From: Candidatus Thorarchaeota archaeon
GTDB lineage: Archaea > Asgardarchaeota > Thorarchaeia > Thorarchaeales > Thorarchaeaceae
DNA: 64,000 nucleotides
Assembly: GCA_004524445.1 (NCBI GenBank)
Contig: SDNP01000003.1
Span: 1 to 64,000, forward strand
Reading direction: 5' to 3'
A model generated the notes under the pieces. The model did no database searches. It was given only the letters and a program-made list of their open reading frames with translations, and was not told where the DNA came from. Of this stretch, positions 39,445 through 49,093 are shown piece by piece. The position numbers and the translations under genes are program-made. How positions within the stretch are numbered: position 1 is the first letter of the stretch; every line of letters begins with the position of its first letter.

Positions 39445-40794
39445 TTAAGCAGAATCTTTGATTGCCTTTTCTATCTTATCGACAGCGGAATCCAATTCGT
39501 CCTCTGTTATGATATAGCTTGGAGTTAGTCGAAGACAATTCTGCCCGGATCCCAAAATCCAGAGACCCTGTTTCTGAACAGCATTCTTAATGACACGATC
39601 GCGGAGCTTCGGTGCCTTCTCTTTGCTTTTCTTGTCTTTAACGAGTTCTATGCCCACCATGAGCCCCATCCCGCGAACATCGCCGACGACTTCATTATTC
39701 TCCTTCACTTCCTCTAGGCGTTTGAGCAAATATTCTCCTTTCTCGGCATTCTTCTTGAGATAATCGCCATCTTCGATTTGTTTTAGAATCCATAGAGAGA
39801 GAAGTGACATTTTCGGTTCTGCTGAGAAGGTTTCCGAATGACGACTTCCACCGGTGAACATTGGAGCAGGACCTATTGATGCACCCATAGGATATCCGCC
39901 GCCGAGGGCTTTCGCCATACTGATATAATCGGGAACAACGTCATGGTGTTCAATTGCAAACCATTTTCCGGTTCTGCCCATTCCTGCCTGAACTTCGTCC
40001 GAAATGAAATACGCTCCATGTTCCTTTGTTACATCATACATGCCTTGCACTGCTTTAGGCGGCGGTACAATAAGACCACCTTCTCCACAAAGCGGTTCCA
40101 TTACAGTTGCGGCAATATCGGTCCCTTCCACTTGAAGTGCATACTGCAGAGCCTCGACACATTCCACATTGCAAGACTCCACTTGTTGGCCATACGGACA
40201 GCGGTAACAATAAGGATATGATACACGGATTACATCGATGCCTTGTGGATATCCATTCTTATGTTTGTGATTTGAAGCAGTGAGAGCCAAGGCATATCCA
40301 GTTCGACCATGGAACGCAGGCCTGAATCCAACAAATCTCGTCCTACCAGACAAATCCATTGCAGATTTAAGACAACCCTCAACTGCGCGACCCCCAGAAG
40401 TTGTAAAGACTACTCTCTTCTTATGGTCACCAGGTGCAATATCACCTAGACGCTCAGCAAGAAGTGTTTGAGGGATTGCATCAAAATCCATTCCGGGGAG
40501 TTCACGAACTACATCATTGATACGATTCTCGAATTCAAGATACGGTGGATATCGAAGACCAAGAGCCCTTACTGCCACTCCACCAGTGACATCAAGATAC
40601 TCTCTACCTTCAATATCATAGATTTTTACACCCTCACCGCGGGAATGGTCAAGGCAGCCGTAGACCTCTCGATCCTGCGTCGTAATTGCCAGTGCCTTTG
40701 CGGCTCTCTCCTTCCAATATTCATTTGACATCTGCTTAGAAGTGATTTCTTCAAATCCTAATTCTTTGATGATTTCAATGTCTTTCTCGTCCAT
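39445..40794 (-). CDS. Class III PLP aminotransferase (GABA/acetylornithine-type)
   Basis: AFHGRT, EPLCGEGG, SDEVQAGMGRTG, MAKALGGG, DVRGMGLMVG; start at MDEKD. Confidence 0.93.
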   Translation of the reverse strand: MDEKDIEIIKELGFEEITSKQMSNEYWKERAAKALAITTQDREVYGCLDHSRGEGVKIYDIEGREYLDVTGGVAVRALGLRYPPYLEFENRINDVVRELPGMDFDAIPQTLLAERLGDIAPGDHKKRVVFTTSGGRAVEGCLKSAMDLSGRTRFVGFRPAFHGRTGYALALTASNHKHKNGYPQGIDVIRVSYPYCYRCPYGQQVESCNVECVEALQYALQVEGTDIAATVMEPLCGEGGLIVPPPKAVQGMYDVTKEHGAYFISDEVQAGMGRTGKWFAIEHHDVVPDYISMAKALGGGYPMGASIGPAPMFTGGSRHSETFSAEPKMSLLSLWILKQIEDGDYLKKNAEKGEYLLKRLEEVKENNEVVGDVRGMGLMVGIELVKDKKSKEKAPKLRDRVIKNAVQKQGLWILGSGQNCLRLTPSYIITEDELDSAVDKIEKAIKDSA

Positions 40795-40892
40795 CGCCAA
40801 CAATCCTCTTGAAATGCTACGCTTAGGCAATCCCATCTTCATTATCTAATTTGCGATTGAGGCCTCATAGGCATGCTGCCCGCTGCAACATG

Positions 40893-41249
40893 TCAAATCA
40901 ATTTCAATAGAGAACCCATGATGACCAGAAGCCCTCCCAGTGTTCCACCAAGGAAGTACATCAATAGACCAATCAACAGAAGAGGAATCCATTCCTGACT
41001 CTTAGAAATTGGCAACTCAATCAATGAACTTGAGATGGCGAGGGTAATAATTGACAGGAATATCAACAGAACCCCTATTCCCAAACTCGTCAGGCTGCCT
41101 AAGATATTTCCAAGCTCAATCGTTGGGAGAAATCGTAGCCACCTGCCAAAATTCATCAGGTAGAGAACCCCATGTAATCCCGTGAGAATGGCACCAAAGA
41201 TAACCAAAAATCTCGACAGTCTATTGGTGTCTTCCAAATTGTCTGACAT
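40893..41249 (-). CDS. Small 4-TM membrane protein (paralog 2)
   Basis: WIPLLLIGLLMYFLGGTLGGLLVIMG aligns with WIVLLVLGILIYIFGSSLGGILVIIG of 39058. Confidence 0.8.
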   Translation of the reverse strand: MSDNLEDTNRLSRFLVIFGAILTGLHGVLYLMNFGRWLRFLPTIELGNILGSLTSLGIGVLLIFLSIITLAISSSLIELPISKSQEWIPLLLIGLLMYFLGGTLGGLLVIMGSLLKLI

Positions 41250-41264
41250 GGTACCAGTCCAAGG

Positions 41265-41633
41265 CTACTTCCTGAACATTAAGAGGATTCCAGCCAGAAG
41301 GATCATGAATCCAGCAAGAGTGCCCAGATTAGTTAGCCAAGATATGATGTTTATGTCAAGGCCCCGTACGACAATAACAATCGAAATGAACCCAATTAAT
41401 GCAAGCACTACCCCTGATTTCTCAAACTTGTAATTTATGAAACCACAAGCGTCGAATGCCAATACAACCATTATGATGAGGGCAATTCCCAAAATGACAT
41501 CGATTAGAGCATCTATGTCTCCTGCTGCCGCATTATTCAGACCGCCAAGAACCATTTGCACTGCAAAAATTAGTAACACTACTCCGCCCAACACTGTATA
41601 TCCTTGAGCGGCTCCTACTGCCTTAAGACCCAT
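41265..41633 (-). CDS. Small 4-TM membrane protein (distant paralog 3)
   Basis: Same size and topology; LGTLAGFMILLAGILL C-terminus. Confidence 0.75.
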   Translation of the reverse strand: MGLKAVGAAQGYTVLGGVVLLIFAVQMVLGGLNNAAAGDIDALIDVILGIALIIMVVLAFDACGFINYKFEKSGVVLALIGFISIVIVVRGLDINIISWLTNLGTLAGFMILLAGILLMFRK

Positions 41634-41842
41634 TTTTTCTCATCCTCTCTTTCCACCCTCGTCACATGGTGAGAGAAGGGGGGACACTGAAAACAATGAT
41701 GAATGATTGAGATAAAAACCCTACTGTGGGCATCTGTTCCGTTATGCATTATATTTGGGATCAAAAGCTAAAACTACACAGGTAATACATAGGATTGTAT
41801 TTCGACAATATGACCACTACGTAGTAGAAATTCCATTCCGGG

Positions 41843-42721
41843 GTGGTCAAGACGCGATATTCCAGTTATGATGATGAACGAAACCATGAGAGACCTGTTA
41901 GACTGGATAGAACTGAAGGAACCGTTGTGATTGAGGGGAGACCCTACCCAGCAAAGGAAGTGGTTGAGGCTCTAGCACAATCAGGATACTCTGATATCCG
42001 ACATGCTGGAGATGAATTAATTCTTGGTCGGAAGAGAATTTCCCCTATCTTCAAGTCACGCCAAGAAAGAGCTATGGCTTCTCTATGTCATGGCAGTCTG
42101 GCATATTGCTGTCCTCTATCAAAGCGATGCATGGAGAGAGACCGCGCTCTAGAAGTATTAGGTTTGACAAAAAGGGATTATGAGGAGTTGAAGGGTAGCT
42201 CACACTATCAATTCCTTGACTCATCTAGGAGTGACAATCTACACGATGGATTATGGAAGAGAACTAGTGATGGGAGAACTGCAAATAGCCCCGCAACGGA
42301 TAGAGGATATGGTTCGGAAGATTATAGGAGGGATTTCGATAAGCTTGATCAAGTTTTTCGCCCAGATGACAGTCACGCAAGTGATTCCTGGAGGAAGGAA
42401 TCGAGACCATCAAGACACAATGAACGTAGTAGGTCGAGTACCGAAGAAAGGTCTGTCAGGTCGGTTTCCAGAATGCATGGAAATGATAGCTTGATGGATG
42501 AGATGAGAGACTCCACTCGAAACATTGATTCGGGAACATCCTGCTCGATAAACAGTGAGCCAAGTGTGGAGGGGCTTGGCGCGCTATTTTCACAAGGAGA
42601 ACTCAGCCCATTCAAAGACAATGCACCAGAAACAACTGAGGAACGTGCCTTTTGCTTTTCCTGTGGAAGGACATTTGAAAAAGGGACAAAGCTATGCCCC
42701 TATTGCGGAACCCGCCAGTGA
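41843..42721 (+). CDS. Protein with a Cys cluster like methanogenesis marker domain 9, a disordered linker and a C-terminal zinc ribbon
   Basis: LCHGSLAYCCPLSKRCMERDRALEVLGLTKRDYEELK; FCFSCG...CPYCG. Confidence 0.7.
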   Translation: MVKTRYSSYDDERNHERPVRLDRTEGTVVIEGRPYPAKEVVEALAQSGYSDIRHAGDELILGRKRISPIFKSRQERAMASLCHGSLAYCCPLSKRCMERDRALEVLGLTKRDYEELKGSSHYQFLDSSRSDNLHDGLWKRTSDGRTANSPATDRGYGSEDYRRDFDKLDQVFRPDDSHASDSWRKESRPSRHNERSRSSTEERSVRSVSRMHGNDSLMDEMRDSTRNIDSGTSCSINSEPSVEGLGALFSQGELSPFKDNAPETTEERAFCFSCGRTFEKGTKLCPYCGTRQ

Positions 42722-42737
42722 CTTGCGGTATCCTCTT

Positions 42738-43742
42738 CTAGCCACCAATGGCTTCTTCTCGCCGGTCCGAATAATCATCTGGATAGGCAAATGTGCCAGA
42801 TATTCGGTCTATAGCCGCATCCTTGGCCAAATCCTTGAGCTCTCTGACTTCCTCTATTGAATCAATGCCCCAGCGAAATAGTGTTACATCTCCTCCGCGC
42901 CTCTTGAATTCATTTGAGAAATAAAGTGATTCCACTAATTCATCGTATTCTGAACTTTCTTGAGCAGGAAGAATGGGAGACCATGGGTATAGATTGACTA
43001 ACATGCTACCTGTGATGTCAAGTATTCTCCTCCAGTCATAGCCGTACTCATTCTGGGCGTCTTCTGTAAGCCCAGTCATCGGATCCAATAGCATCTCGAT
43101 GCTCAGTTTCAAGGGTTTTGTTCTCTCTGTGCTATCACTAATATCACGAGCCGCTGCCTGCAATTGTTCAATACCTTGATGGACTATCCCGCTTCGCCAT
43201 TCGTGCCATTTTTCGTGATATTCAGGGTTCTCTGTGAGATATTGATGAGTGAGTCTATCAGGTTCCTGATTTACTAGAGGGGCAAAATCATTCCTGCACT
43301 TTTCACAGAAACAAAATCGATCTCGAATGAAGCCCGCACCAAAAACAAAGATTTCATCAACTGGATAATGTCCAATTTCCGCTACGATTTCGGACGCATA
43401 CTGCCAAAATTCTGGAGAATTGGGACATATTTGATGGTCCATCGCTTTACCTTTATCATTCTTACTTTGATAATTGGGATCTTTTGCGAACAGCCTATCC
43501 GTATACAAATCCATTCCAACTGCTGTATTTATCTCCAATGCGTTGGCAATCTCAACCCATTCCTCAAAGAAGCCCACGTTTTCTTCGTGAACGGGAGCCG
43601 TCTTGCTTTGATAATTGGCGTGACCATCGGAGCCCTTTCCATATATCCCTACGCTCTCCATGTATGATGCATAGGTGGACAAAAATTCCTTTGCAGACGT
43701 TTCAATGTCTTCAGGTTTAAGAAGAATTACCATCTTCTGCAT
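42738..43742 (-). CDS. Glycoside-hydrolase-like (GHL10/GH42-like) TIM-barrel protein
   Basis: QICPNSPEF...EI...YPVDEI...FCFCEKCRNDF...WHEWR pattern. Confidence 0.6.
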   Translation of the reverse strand: MQKMVILLKPEDIETSAKEFLSTYASYMESVGIYGKGSDGHANYQSKTAPVHEENVGFFEEWVEIANALEINTAVGMDLYTDRLFAKDPNYQSKNDKGKAMDHQICPNSPEFWQYASEIVAEIGHYPVDEIFVFGAGFIRDRFCFCEKCRNDFAPLVNQEPDRLTHQYLTENPEYHEKWHEWRSGIVHQGIEQLQAAARDISDSTERTKPLKLSIEMLLDPMTGLTEDAQNEYGYDWRRILDITGSMLVNLYPWSPILPAQESSEYDELVESLYFSNEFKRRGGDVTLFRWGIDSIEEVRELKDLAKDAAIDRISGTFAYPDDYSDRREEAIGG

Positions 43743-43883
43743 AAACAGTTCGCGGTAGTTGACCTTCATCATTGGGAGCCCCACTGTGGAACATAATACT
43801 AGCTCAGAGCTGGGTTGCATCTAGTCAAGGGCTCGCTAAAAGGATTTCTTCTTCAAACCCCCTCACGAAAAAACCGCTGTTCA

Positions 43884-46800
43884 CTAGAAGAAATCATCCA
43901 ATGTTGTGATTCCTAAGAGGCTATCAAAATCAATTCCCACTGATTCCAGGACCTGCTCGAAGACTGATCTCAATGTATCTATATACTTCTGCTTATCCAA
44001 CCAGTATTCTCCCTGATTTGCGAGCACTACAGGTAGCACCCCGTCCGCATCCTTTGTCTTAATATATTCAATGATAGTCCCACCCTCAACTTCATGCCCA
44101 GCGTCTTCCATCATCATTGCTGCTCTCACATGTTGTGGCAGGGTAGTACCATATTGAGAGATGGGTTTTGTCATCTGGATACGGAACGCAAGTTCTTCAG
44201 GGGAATAGGGTTCAGCTTTCCCCTCAAGTCTATCGATTACGCAGTTCACGATTTCGCGGATTTCATCCTTAGCTACTTCAAATCCTTCAGGGCTGTCCAC
44301 ATGAGCTAAGACTTCGAGCATTTCCCGGAATGCTTCTTGAATGAATTCGGGCGTGTTCCTCTTTTTGCCACTGAGCCCCTTTACCTCAACATAACCAGAA
44401 TCATAGACCCCAATGTAGTTCTTTTTGCGATCTGAGAGAGCAACATACTTGTATGTCTTCTCCACTTCCAGGTCTATCTCCAGTTCTTGTCGTGACCATT
44501 CAATGAGCTGTCGTTGTTGTTCTTCTGTTGGACTATCAAGGAAAACTGAGTCAGTGTCCCCATACAATACTCGCACGCCCATGGACTCGGCCTTCTCTTT
44601 GGTGCGAATAATTGCGTCTCGGCCATAGGCAGTAACGCTCTCGGCAGCGGGCATACAGAACAGCTCGAAGTGTTGGGCCCCTGTCACACCATAGCTATTG
44701 TGAACTACAATTCCGTTGGTCGATACAAACAACCCATTCCCAGTTTCCAAGTCGTAGGTTTGTTCAGAATGGTCACTCTTTTGTATCGAGCGAATCCTTA
44801 CTGCATGTGTGCCATTAAAATCAGTCAATCCTCGGCCCGTTCGCCGATACTTTAGCCCTTTGCTTTCCACAATACGATACATTGATTCTTCGCGATGAAC
44901 AGATGCATGTTTCCCAAGTGCGGCTAACAGGTAAAGAATGTCATAAGCTAGTTCTTTGCTCGATGTCGAATATCGCCTAGCACCGCGAGTATTGATATTC
45001 CCATCGCCCTTGAAGAACGAATCTAGAACAATGCCTGCTCTCTCCTTATCAAGGAGGTGAATTGGGATAGATTTGTTCCGGGACCTGTTACCACAGAGGG
45101 ATTCCATGACTGCTGCAAGTATTTTCGAGTGAATGACATGGTCCTTCTCCGAATATATCGCAAAGGGCAGTTCCATCCGTTGTAAGAGGGTTCCGATCTG
45201 CTTGAAATAAGTAGGATTGACTTCCTGATACTGTGAAATCGACACCCGATTAACGCCCACATGTCCTTCAGAAAGATACCAGCCCATAAATGCGAAGAAA
45301 TCTTCATCAAGCTTAATTCTGATGTTTTCCCATTTGCCGGCCTCACGCCATCTACCACTGCTTTCAATCAGTTTTAGGTAGAAAGGTGGTGCACCTGATT
45401 CGTGTTCTCTAATCATATTCTTGGCTTCTGCGGATAGGTCATTCCATCGTGCGCGATACCACCTGCTAGCCTTTGAATATCTGAATTCTTCGTTAATTAG
45501 TGAAATCAGAGGGTTCTCTGTTCGTTGGGAACGTCGATACGAGAACTTTGTGTAGTCTTTTCTTCTTATTCCGACATGAATGGATTCCTCAGGGATGACG
45601 TCCGGAATGAATAATGTTTCAGGAGGTCTTGGTGAAAGCGGAGTCTGCTCCAGCATGAGGAGATTATCGTCTATCCGGAGATCTTCGGCCGCAACATACC
45701 GGATTGAGAGAGGCTTCTTGGCAATTGCCTTTCGGTTCTTCCGTGTGTTTTTGGGAAGGAGTTTCGGCAAGACATGGTTGACCGTGCATCGGATAGTGCG
45801 TCCGTCTCGGAGGCAGATGTTGAGAATTGATGCGGGTCCATTCTTCCGAAATCCGACAATAGGAACGAATACTGGTTTTCCAAAGGATGAAGATTCCCAT
45901 TCATTATCAATGCTTAGAATCTCAAGATTGCGCCATTCATCTTCTAAGCTGCCAATAGGTTTCTTCGATACAAGACCTTGGGAATCCCGGACCACTACTT
46001 CTTCGTTGAAAGGAAGACAGGCATTAACGAACACCTTAAGCGCTTTCTCGACAACTGAGTACCAGTTTCGTAACCCTTGATTTAGATTTGTGTCCTTGCT
46101 CTTTCCCTTAAACCATTTGACTCGGGTATCTCGAAAGAAGCCGATAGTCTGACTAATCATGCCGACATTCTTCTTGCATGTCCAATGATCTGTTTCAGGC
46201 ACTCGATTGTCCTCTGCCTTCTCACAGGATTCATGGGGACAATCAACTGTTTCATAACTGATATTGTGTGTCTTCATTATTGTGGGATAGAGACTGGCAA
46301 AGTCAAGAACTGTGGCTCCAAAATGCACTCCCGCCACTGGCTCAATAACAATAGCACCTTTGAATGCCTTGTCCTTTATCATGGCCTCAGTGTGAGCATC
46401 ACTCGATTTCAGTTCTCGAATCTCGCGTTGTTTCGGAATCAAGGCATTTCGTGAACGATGCTCCTGCCGAAAGAGCGATTGAATCCATGTTGATATTCCA
46501 AAGCGAGTCACATCTTCCATTGATAAGCGGGAAATTCGCATTAGAAGAACGATGAGCCGTAGCAGTAGATTTTCATTGTATTGAGTGACTCTCAGCGTTA
46601 TATTGGAGTCTAGCCAGCAGTAGTGAGCTAGTTCATAATATCCAAGTCTAGAAATCTCGTCGCTTAGCTCAAGTTTGCCTACATTAAGAAGACCTTGCCC
46701 GATGGATTCGAGATTGTTTCGCTCATATGCTCCTGAAAGCGCATACAATCGAACTGAGGGGTTCTTGAGGAACCTGTAGAGGTCAATGTGGATACCACCG

Positions 46801-48023
46801 TCAAGCAGTGCGATGTCCCTGCCTAATCGTATTGGACAATATTTGTCAACATCGATGCCCAGACGTTCTGCACGATTATAAAGATAGGTCAGATCGAAAG
46901 CATCTCCGACGAACGTCAAGACAATCGGATATTTGTCCAGCATTCTGAATGTTTGCATGAGCATTTCTCGTTCGTCTTCGTAAAAGACAACATTCAGTTC
47001 TTCAGGAAACTCTTCATGCTTTTCGCCTTCTTCCAAGTCAGCCCTCTTTAAAACAAAGCACTTGTTCATTCCTTGATTATCGGAGAGTCCTACCGCTGTG
47101 ACTGCCTGCGGAGCCCGATTGGCATCGGGAATTCTATTGCTCTTCTCTGAATAAACTTCTATGTCAACTGCAATTCGTTTGATATCAGGTACTTCCGTGA
47201 AGAACATAGGTGCGTAATTGTCTATCACACCTCCAAAGTATTCAACATCACCAATTGTTTTCTTGAACTCGTCTAAAGTTTCTTGGTCCAGTTGGGGAGG
47301 GCAGGGAACAAGATCTCCATTTACAATCTTGTATCGCATCCCGCATACGAGTTCGCGGTCATAACAGAAGTTGTTATGGTAACGGATATTGGCTTCCCAC
47401 GCATGACTTATGGTTTCACCCGTTGGCCCAGATCTCGTTGTTAAAAGCTCACGAATTGCGCCAGCAGTCCCGCCAATACTCAATGGATCAGTGGCATAAA
47501 TTTTAGTCATCTCGCGTGTTTCATCTCGTAGAAGGTCCTGTACTGTTTCAGATTCTAATGAGACAAAGCCACGATGATGCCGGACCTTCTTTTCAGCAGT
47601 TTGTGGAGGAAGGTCAGTAAGGCAATAAGGTAGATGGCCTGTATTATCATGCCAGAAGTAGATTCTCTCAGTTTCTGGATTGTACAGCCGCGCTATAGCT
47701 TTCTTCTGAGAGCCATCATAGTCCACAGATAATAGGTAGGAGGGGTCCAGATTTTCTGGTTCTTCTCTTAGTCCAGCAATATAATCATTAGCAATGCTTT
47801 CGTCATCTTCGAAAGTCATGCTTTCCGGGTTAATTATTATTGCAGAATTCTCACGGGAAGGGTCTTCTTTTTCCGTTGTTCTCTGTTTTACTGGCTCAGC
47901 TTCCTCAGAGGGCGATTTCGAGCCTGTTTTCCCGTCCTCTTTTGCCTCAGTTTCAATTAACATGAAGTCCTCTAAAGAAGACTGATTGCTTTCGTCATCA
48001 TGTTCGCGATTCAACCGGGGCAC
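43884..48023 (-). CDS. polB: Family B DNA polymerase, PolB1 type (938 aa extein), with one intein
   Basis: YLLSVDYDG..DNTGHLPY, ExoI VDIEV, DFASLYPT, KVFVNA/SYG, YGDTDS, KKNY; PIP-like QSSLEDF (N-terminus) and TTLDDFF (C-terminus). Confidence 0.96.
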   Translation of the reverse strand: MPRLNREHDDESNQSSLEDFMLIETEAKEDGKTGSKSPSEEAEPVKQRTTEKEDPSRENSAIIINPESMTFEDDESIANDYIAGLREEPENLDPSYLLSVDYDGSQKKAIARLYNPETERIYFWHDNTGHLPYCLTDLPPQTAEKKVRHHRGFVSLESETVQDLLRDETREMTKIYATDPLSIGGTAGAIRELLTTRSGPTGETISHAWEANIRYHNNFCYDRELVCGMRYKIVNGDLVPCPPQLDQETLDEFKKTIGDVEYFGGVIDNYAPMFFTEVPDIKRIAVDIEVYSEKSNRIPDANRAPQAVTAVGLSDNQGMNKCFVLKRADLEEGEKHEEFPEELNVVFYEDEREMLMQTFRMLDKYPIVLTFVGDAFDLTYLYNRAERLGIDVDKYCPIRLGRDIALLDGGIHIDLYRFLKNPSVRLYALSGAYERNNLESIGQGLLNVGKLELSDEISRLGYYELAHYCWLDSNITLRVTQYNENLLLRLIVLLMRISRLSMEDVTRFGISTWIQSLFRQEHRSRNALIPKQREIRELKSSDAHTEAMIKDKAFKGAIVIEPVAGVHFGATVLDFASLYPTIMKTHNISYETVDCPHESCEKAEDNRVPETDHWTCKKNVGMISQTIGFFRDTRVKWFKGKSKDTNLNQGLRNWYSVVEKALKVFVNACLPFNEEVVVRDSQGLVSKKPIGSLEDEWRNLEILSIDNEWESSSFGKPVFVPIVGFRKNGPASILNICLRDGRTIRCTVNHVLPKLLPKNTRKNRKAIAKKPLSIRYVAAEDLRIDDNLLMLEQTPLSPRPPETLFIPDVIPEESIHVGIRRKDYTKFSYRRSQRTENPLISLINEEFRYSKASRWYRARWNDLSAEAKNMIREHESGAPPFYLKLIESSGRWREAGKWENIRIKLDEDFFAFMGWYLSEGHVGVNRVSISQYQEVNPTYFKQIGTLLQRMELPFAIYSEKDHVIHSKILAAVMESLCGNRSRNKSIPIHLLDKERAGIVLDSFFKGDGNINTRGARRYSTSSKELAYDILYLLAALGKHASVHREESMYRIVESKGLKYRRTGRGLTDFNGTHAVRIRSIQKSDHSEQTYDLETGNGLFVSTNGIVVHNSYGVTGAQHFELFCMPAAESVTAYGRDAIIRTKEKAESMGVRVLYGDTDSVFLDSPTEEQQRQLIEWSRQELEIDLEVEKTYKYVALSDRKKNYIGVYDSGYVEVKGLSGKKRNTPEFIQEAFREMLEVLAHVDSPEGFEVAKDEIREIVNCVIDRLEGKAEPYSPEELAFRIQMTKPISQYGTTLPQHVRAAMMMEDAGHEVEGGTIIEYIKTKDADGVLPVVLANQGEYWLDKQKYIDTLRSVFEQVLESVGIDFDSLLGITTLDDFF
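44697..46019 (-). mobile_element. 441-aa intein with LAGLIDADG homing endonuclease
   Basis: Block A CLPFNEEVVV, block B CTVNHVL, block C FMGWYLSEG, block E LDSFFKGDG, blocks F/G TYDLET...NGIVVHN followed by Ser+1. Confidence 0.96.
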
Positions 48024-48122
48024 TCATTTATTCATGCATGGTAGAGTATTGATAAGCACTTCCTATTGGCATGAGAAACTCGCAACGCGTATCTTCATTA
48101 AGCAGGTTTTCATTTCTCAGGT

Positions 48123-48563
48123 ATGCCAACTATCAAGAAAACCCAGACAGACCGAGTAATAGTTGCTAGACTCTTTCCTGGTGACGATATTCTCGAGTCG
48201 CTTGAGCAGATTGCTGCGGATTATGATATTCAGGCAGGCATTCTCAATCTAATTGGAGCCATTGAAGGAGCACATCTCGGTTACTTCAATGTCAAAAAGA
48301 AAGAATACATGGACTTTGAGGTAGATGAGGATCTCGAGGTTGTTTCCTGTATGGGTAACATATCTCGTAATGAAGAAAACGCACCTATTGTTCATGCGCA
48401 TATGGTTGTAGCGGATGAATCGGGAAGGTGCTATGGTGGTCACTTGATGAAGGGTTGCACAGTTTCAGTGACAATTGAGATTTTTATCAACGTTCTGGTG
48501 GGAACACTCACACGCACTGAGGACGAATCTACGGGCTTACATCTACTCAATCTCGAACATTGA
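48123..48563 (+). CDS. PPC-domain (DUF296) protein
   Basis: ARLFPGDD, IGA, EVVSCMGN, HAH, GGHL. Confidence 0.92.
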   Translation: MPTIKKTQTDRVIVARLFPGDDILESLEQIAADYDIQAGILNLIGAIEGAHLGYFNVKKKEYMDFEVDEDLEVVSCMGNISRNEENAPIVHAHMVVADESGRCYGGHLMKGCTVSVTIEIFINVLVGTLTRTEDESTGLHLLNLEH

Positions 48564-48984
48564 CATTGCTAAGCTTTTTACCAGTTTCCTCTAGCTGTTC
48601 CCTAGAGGCCATCTCGTCCCGATATCCTTCTGGAAATCGGAAACCAAACTCATCTCCTGCCTTGCGTGGAATGACATGGATGTGCAAATGAGGGATTTCT
48701 TGCCCAGCTTCACTGCCATTTGCGATTGCATTGATTATTCCCGTGGGAGCATACACGCCATGGACTCGCTTTGTAAGCTCACGCAGACGTACTGCCAAGT
48801 GAGAAGCGACCTCTGGATTTACATCTAACATGTTTTCAAAATGATCCTTAGGGATAAGTAGACAATGTCCCTCGTTCACTGGAAAGACATCCATGAATGC
48901 CATACAAACCTCATCTTCAAAAATAACGGAGGCAGGAATTTCGCCACTCACAATCTTGCAAAAGGTGCAATCTTGTTTTTTCAT
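48547..48984 (-). CDS. HIT-family hydrolase
   Basis: DCTFCKI, GHCLLIPK, GQEIPHLHIHVIPR; start at MKKQD. Confidence 0.95.
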   Translation of the reverse strand: MKKQDCTFCKIVSGEIPASVIFEDEVCMAFMDVFPVNEGHCLLIPKDHFENMLDVNPEVASHLAVRLRELTKRVHGVYAPTGIINAIANGSEAGQEIPHLHIHVIPRKAGDEFGFRFPEGYRDEMASREQLEETGKKLSNVNVRD

Positions 48985-49093
48985 ATTTTTCTGATTGACT
49001 TTATGCTTTGATAAATTGTTCGAGGGCATCAGGCAATGCCAAAGCGAAAGAGAATAGTAACCTCTCGTCAGCATGTCTCGGATGTTTCTCGCA

